This document shows positions 60,766 to 64,000 of a stretch of DNA of 64,000 bases, in pieces (the stretch's first letter is position 1; each line of letters opens with the position of its first letter). Source of the stretch: Felis catus (Eukaryota); assembly GCF_018350175.1 (NCBI RefSeq), contig NC_058368.1, forward strand, positions 52,576,001 to 52,640,000, given 5' to 3'. The notes under the pieces are model-generated. The model was not told the origin of the DNA, ran no database searches, and was given only the letters and a program-made list of their open reading frames with translations. The translations under genes were made by a program, and so were the position numbers.

Positions 60766-61340
60766 TGTGCAATTCCCTTTTGCAGTCCTAGTTTACACAT
60801 TCTGTTGACCTAGTTTACCAGTTGCTTTCTTTTCTTTGGTAATAAGAAGAAAGGCCAAAGACAAAATCAGAGATAAGTGGGTGGTGGCACTTCATCTGGT
60901 GGCAGCAGTGTGGGCCATGGACAAGAGCTACAAGTCTCTGAACCAATGAGTTGTGCAGACGCCCAGTCTCCTGTTAACTTCTGCTTAGAGATTAGGGATG
61001 TTCATAAGATTCAGTAACATACTACTTCTAACTGACTAACTCTTGGAGTAATCTTCACGGTGAATTTTTCTTGCCATTTAGCAATTAGAAGATACATTTT
61101 AATTTAATTGACACAATCAATCCACATGCAAGTGGTTAAATGTCTTTTTATTCTTAGTTCTCTCTTGGCATTTTTTTGGGAATAAAGAATGACCTCTGCT
61201 TTCTATTGTTTAATATATGACTGAACACAAATACAAAACACAAATTATGACAAACACATACTACTTATTCTAAATATGCACTGCACTGATTTGATTGTAT
61301 TAATCTCCTAAATTCTCCTACCACCCAATAAAGTAAAATA

Positions 61341-61649
61341 CAGCTAACTCTTGAGCAATGTGGGGGATAGGGGTGCTGTATAATTTTTTGCTACCCCCAA
61401 AATTAACTACCCATAACCAGCCTACTTGTTGACCGGAAGTCTTACCAATAAGATAAATAGTCAATTAGCACAGATTTTGTACGTTATATGTATCATACAC
61501 TGTATTCTAACAATAAAATAAGCTAGAGGAAAGAAAATTTTCTTAAGAAAACCATAAGAAAAAATACAGTACTGTACTGTATTTATTCAAAAAATCTACA
61601 TGTAAGTAGACCCATGCAGCTCAAACTTGTGTTGTTCAAGGGTCAACTG
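61341..61649. mobile_element. Tigger2/MER8-like non-autonomous DNA transposon (MITE) inserted in a MIR
   Basis: Terminal inverted repeats 'cagctaactcttgagcaa' ... 'ttgttcaagggtcaactg' preceded by TA; internal 'gcctacttgttgaccggaagtcttacc' and 'taagctagaggaaagaaaat'. MIR sequence lies on both sides. Confidence 0.85.
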
Positions 61650-63403
61650 CATGTTATTACCTTCACTGTACTGATGTGAAAGGTGAAACATGGAGAATTT
61701 ATATAACTTGCCCAAAGTTATATAGCTAATCAGTTGTGGATCCAGGATATAGACCCAGGCATTCTGATTCCCCAATCTATGCTCTCATTTAGCATGTTCT
61801 ATTTTGAAACAGTCACGTGTTACATGAATTTACAGGAAAAGAAGATAAATGACCTGGAGAGGTTCATGGATAAAATGGAATGGACTTAGAACTTGGCAAA
61901 TGAAGAGACCATGGCCAGGCAAGGAGCAAGGAATTCTGGCAAGAGGATGAATGATAGGCATGGAGTGTTCCCGGGGGAGTAGAGAAGCCGATCTGACCAG
62001 AGCGGGTGGGAATGAGGAAAACTCAGATGAGATCATTAGGATGGAGAATATTATGGAAATTTCCAGTGAACATTTCAAGTGAAAACTAAATTCCTAAGAG
62101 GGTAAAGTTATAATTGGGTTAAAAGACATTACCTCAAAAATGTATTTTGTTTTATCCCAACGCAAACAAAGCTTCTGTTCAGGTATAGAGATCTCTAAAT
62201 GATCATTTCACAATTGACAGAGTTGAACAGGGGAAAATACTGTTTGCATACTGAATGCATGTTTATTTTTAGGGAGCATGGGAGAATGGCATCCAAGGAG
62301 CTGGATTTTTCAGTACCGACCCACAGTGCATTTTGATCTGGATTCCATCTTTGTGCTCTCTGACCACTAGAGATACACCAGAGTTGTATTTAAACTGAAT
62401 TGGGTTAAAGCCATGAGGCCTGCCTGAAGGAAGGCTTACAGAAGGAAATTTTCTCAATGCCGCCTTTCTTTTGAAAGCTCACTCCTAAAGGGAAATCAGC
62501 CGAGAGGCAAAGAGAAATTGTGGCCTCCCTGCCAAAAGCAGAAAGGGAGGTGAGGGAGGAGAAATAGAAACACATCCAAACCAACTCTGGGGGAAAATGG
62601 ATACTATGGACAAGTTTGCCAAAAATAAGAGTGAAGCTTAAGAAAGCAGGGGGTCTCAGTGGGTCACCAGAAAAGTTAAGCAAGAGGGTGGAGTAGGCTG
62701 GCTCAGGAACACGGCCAGACTACTGGAAGGAGAAGCGGGAACAGTTTCATAACCTCTCAATCTTTCCAACTTCTCACAGTGTTCTAGAAAAGAGAAAGTG
62801 TGCTTGATAGGAATGATTTATCGAGCAATTATCTCTTTCCGCCCTCAGCTCTCTGGAACTGGACAGCAGACAAGTCTGGTGACTTATATTTGTGGAGTTC
62901 TCCGGAAGAGCTTCCTCTCAAGGATGCACAACTTTCCAGTTAGTCACAAGGCAGCTCTCCTTTCTGCACGTTTCTGTCATTTCAACTTCCCCTTCTCTGT
63001 CCCTTTCTTGGTCCTTGCTCATTACCCACTGATTTAGGATTGTTTACTGCACCCGCCATTATAATCATTGCTCCCCGCCCCCCCCCCCGCCCCTGCAATC
63101 TTATCCAAAGCACTTGCTCCCTTTTTGCTTCTCCCACCGTTGCTATATGCTGTTCCCACTCTGTCTGGACTGCCTGCTCCACAAGCAAACGGGGACGCCT
63201 GGCGCCACCCCCTCTGCCCTCCCTCCTCCTCCAGCCATGCTCTCTGGGTTTTCCCTTCCGTCTCTGGGCAAAACCCTACAAAAGGAGTCTTCCTGGGTTT
63301 CTCTCCACTAGTAGAGCTCTTCACACCCCAGAATCTCAAGTCTCCACTTACTCCTGTCCATCCTGGCTTCATAGAACTGCTGTGGTTACTGCTGACAAGC
63401 ACA

Positions 63404-63436
63404 TGGGGCGGGGGGGGGGGGGGGGGGGCGGTAGGG
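63404..63436 (+). repeat. Poly-G tract, G-quadruplex-capable
   Basis: GGGGC G19 CGG TA GGG. Confidence 0.85.
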
Positions 63437-64000
63437 TGGAGCAGGATCTCAGGGGAAATTGTGCTTTAGGTTCAGTAATTACTCAGGTTTGATTTGGGTA
63501 GCCTTAAAGTGCTGAAAAGTCTGTTTCAACTAAACATCCTACAGTCCTAAATGTGGTGAGCTGGTCTCGTTTTTCATCTGCTGTCATGGTTAACTGGCAA
63601 CTTCCAGGCATGGGGTGACTGTCTGGCACCTCAAGCACACAATTACACGCAGACAATTACATAGAGAATGCCAACAGATTACAGACCATCAGGTCGTGTT
63701 TTAGCGGACGTCTTCTAGCAGGGAATGTGTGCCAGCATCTTAGATCAATTGTGGCACATTGTTTATTTCAGAAGCTTTGTCCCAGAACTGTTGGGCACCT
63801 GATCATTCCAGTGTTTTCTGCATTACAAAGTTGAAGGAGAAACAAGTTTGGGCTGAGTATTCTCAATCACCAGTGACACAGTGACAGGTACCAAACTCAT
63901 TCCACTTAAGACTGCAGGGTGAACTCAAATTGGGGTCCCTGAAGAGAAAGATGGGATCCTTTATCCAGTGCATTAAAGGAAGCATTTCTTGTTTCTATTA

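Noticed and set aside
62300-62400. Minus-strand exon-like stretch FKYNSGVSLVVREHKDGIQIKMHCG
   Set aside because: Weak splice signals and no recognised protein match.
257-63492. All ORFs in the supplied six-frame track as protein-coding genes
   Set aside because: All are short, none resembles a protein I recognise, there is no coherent exon chain, and many use non-ATG starts, which is not meaningful in mammalian DNA.
1-64000. CRISPR arrays, prokaryotic operons, rRNA, numt or internal ERV coding sequence
   Set aside because: No regularly spaced repeat-spacer array and no rRNA, mitochondrial or gag/pol/env similarity was recognised; the sequence is clearly mammalian nuclear DNA.

Overview
Mammalian, almost certainly felid (cat family), non-coding genomic DNA: intergenic, or deep inside a large intron. 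I cannot support any protein-coding gene, functional RNA gene or clear CpG-island promoter. The ORF track is explained by chance ORFs, SINE/LTR-derived ORFs and ORFs reading through four N-gaps (3776-4043, 29128-29603, 32702-32897, 41775-41922). The window holds 16 tRNA-derived carnivore SINEs (three very young felid copies with perfect TSDs), old L1M 3' ends, a young felid L1 with a 5' inversion, L2/MIR/L3(CR1) fossils, MLT1 solo LTRs, a Tigger2-type MITE and microsatellites. Several long repeat-poor blocks may be enhancers. The most unusual unexplained structure is an old direct duplication of about 330 bp (about 41067-41392 and about 42038-42385). Both copies keep a branch point-AG-18 nt-GTGAGT arrangement, so they are candidate tandem microexons or a duplicated enhancer. 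Other oddities are a nested-palindrome insertion at 12848-12924, an L1/SINE-tail chimera, a SINE with a doubled A-box head and close inverted SINE pairs. Repeat-family names come from recalled consensus motifs and were not checked by search.
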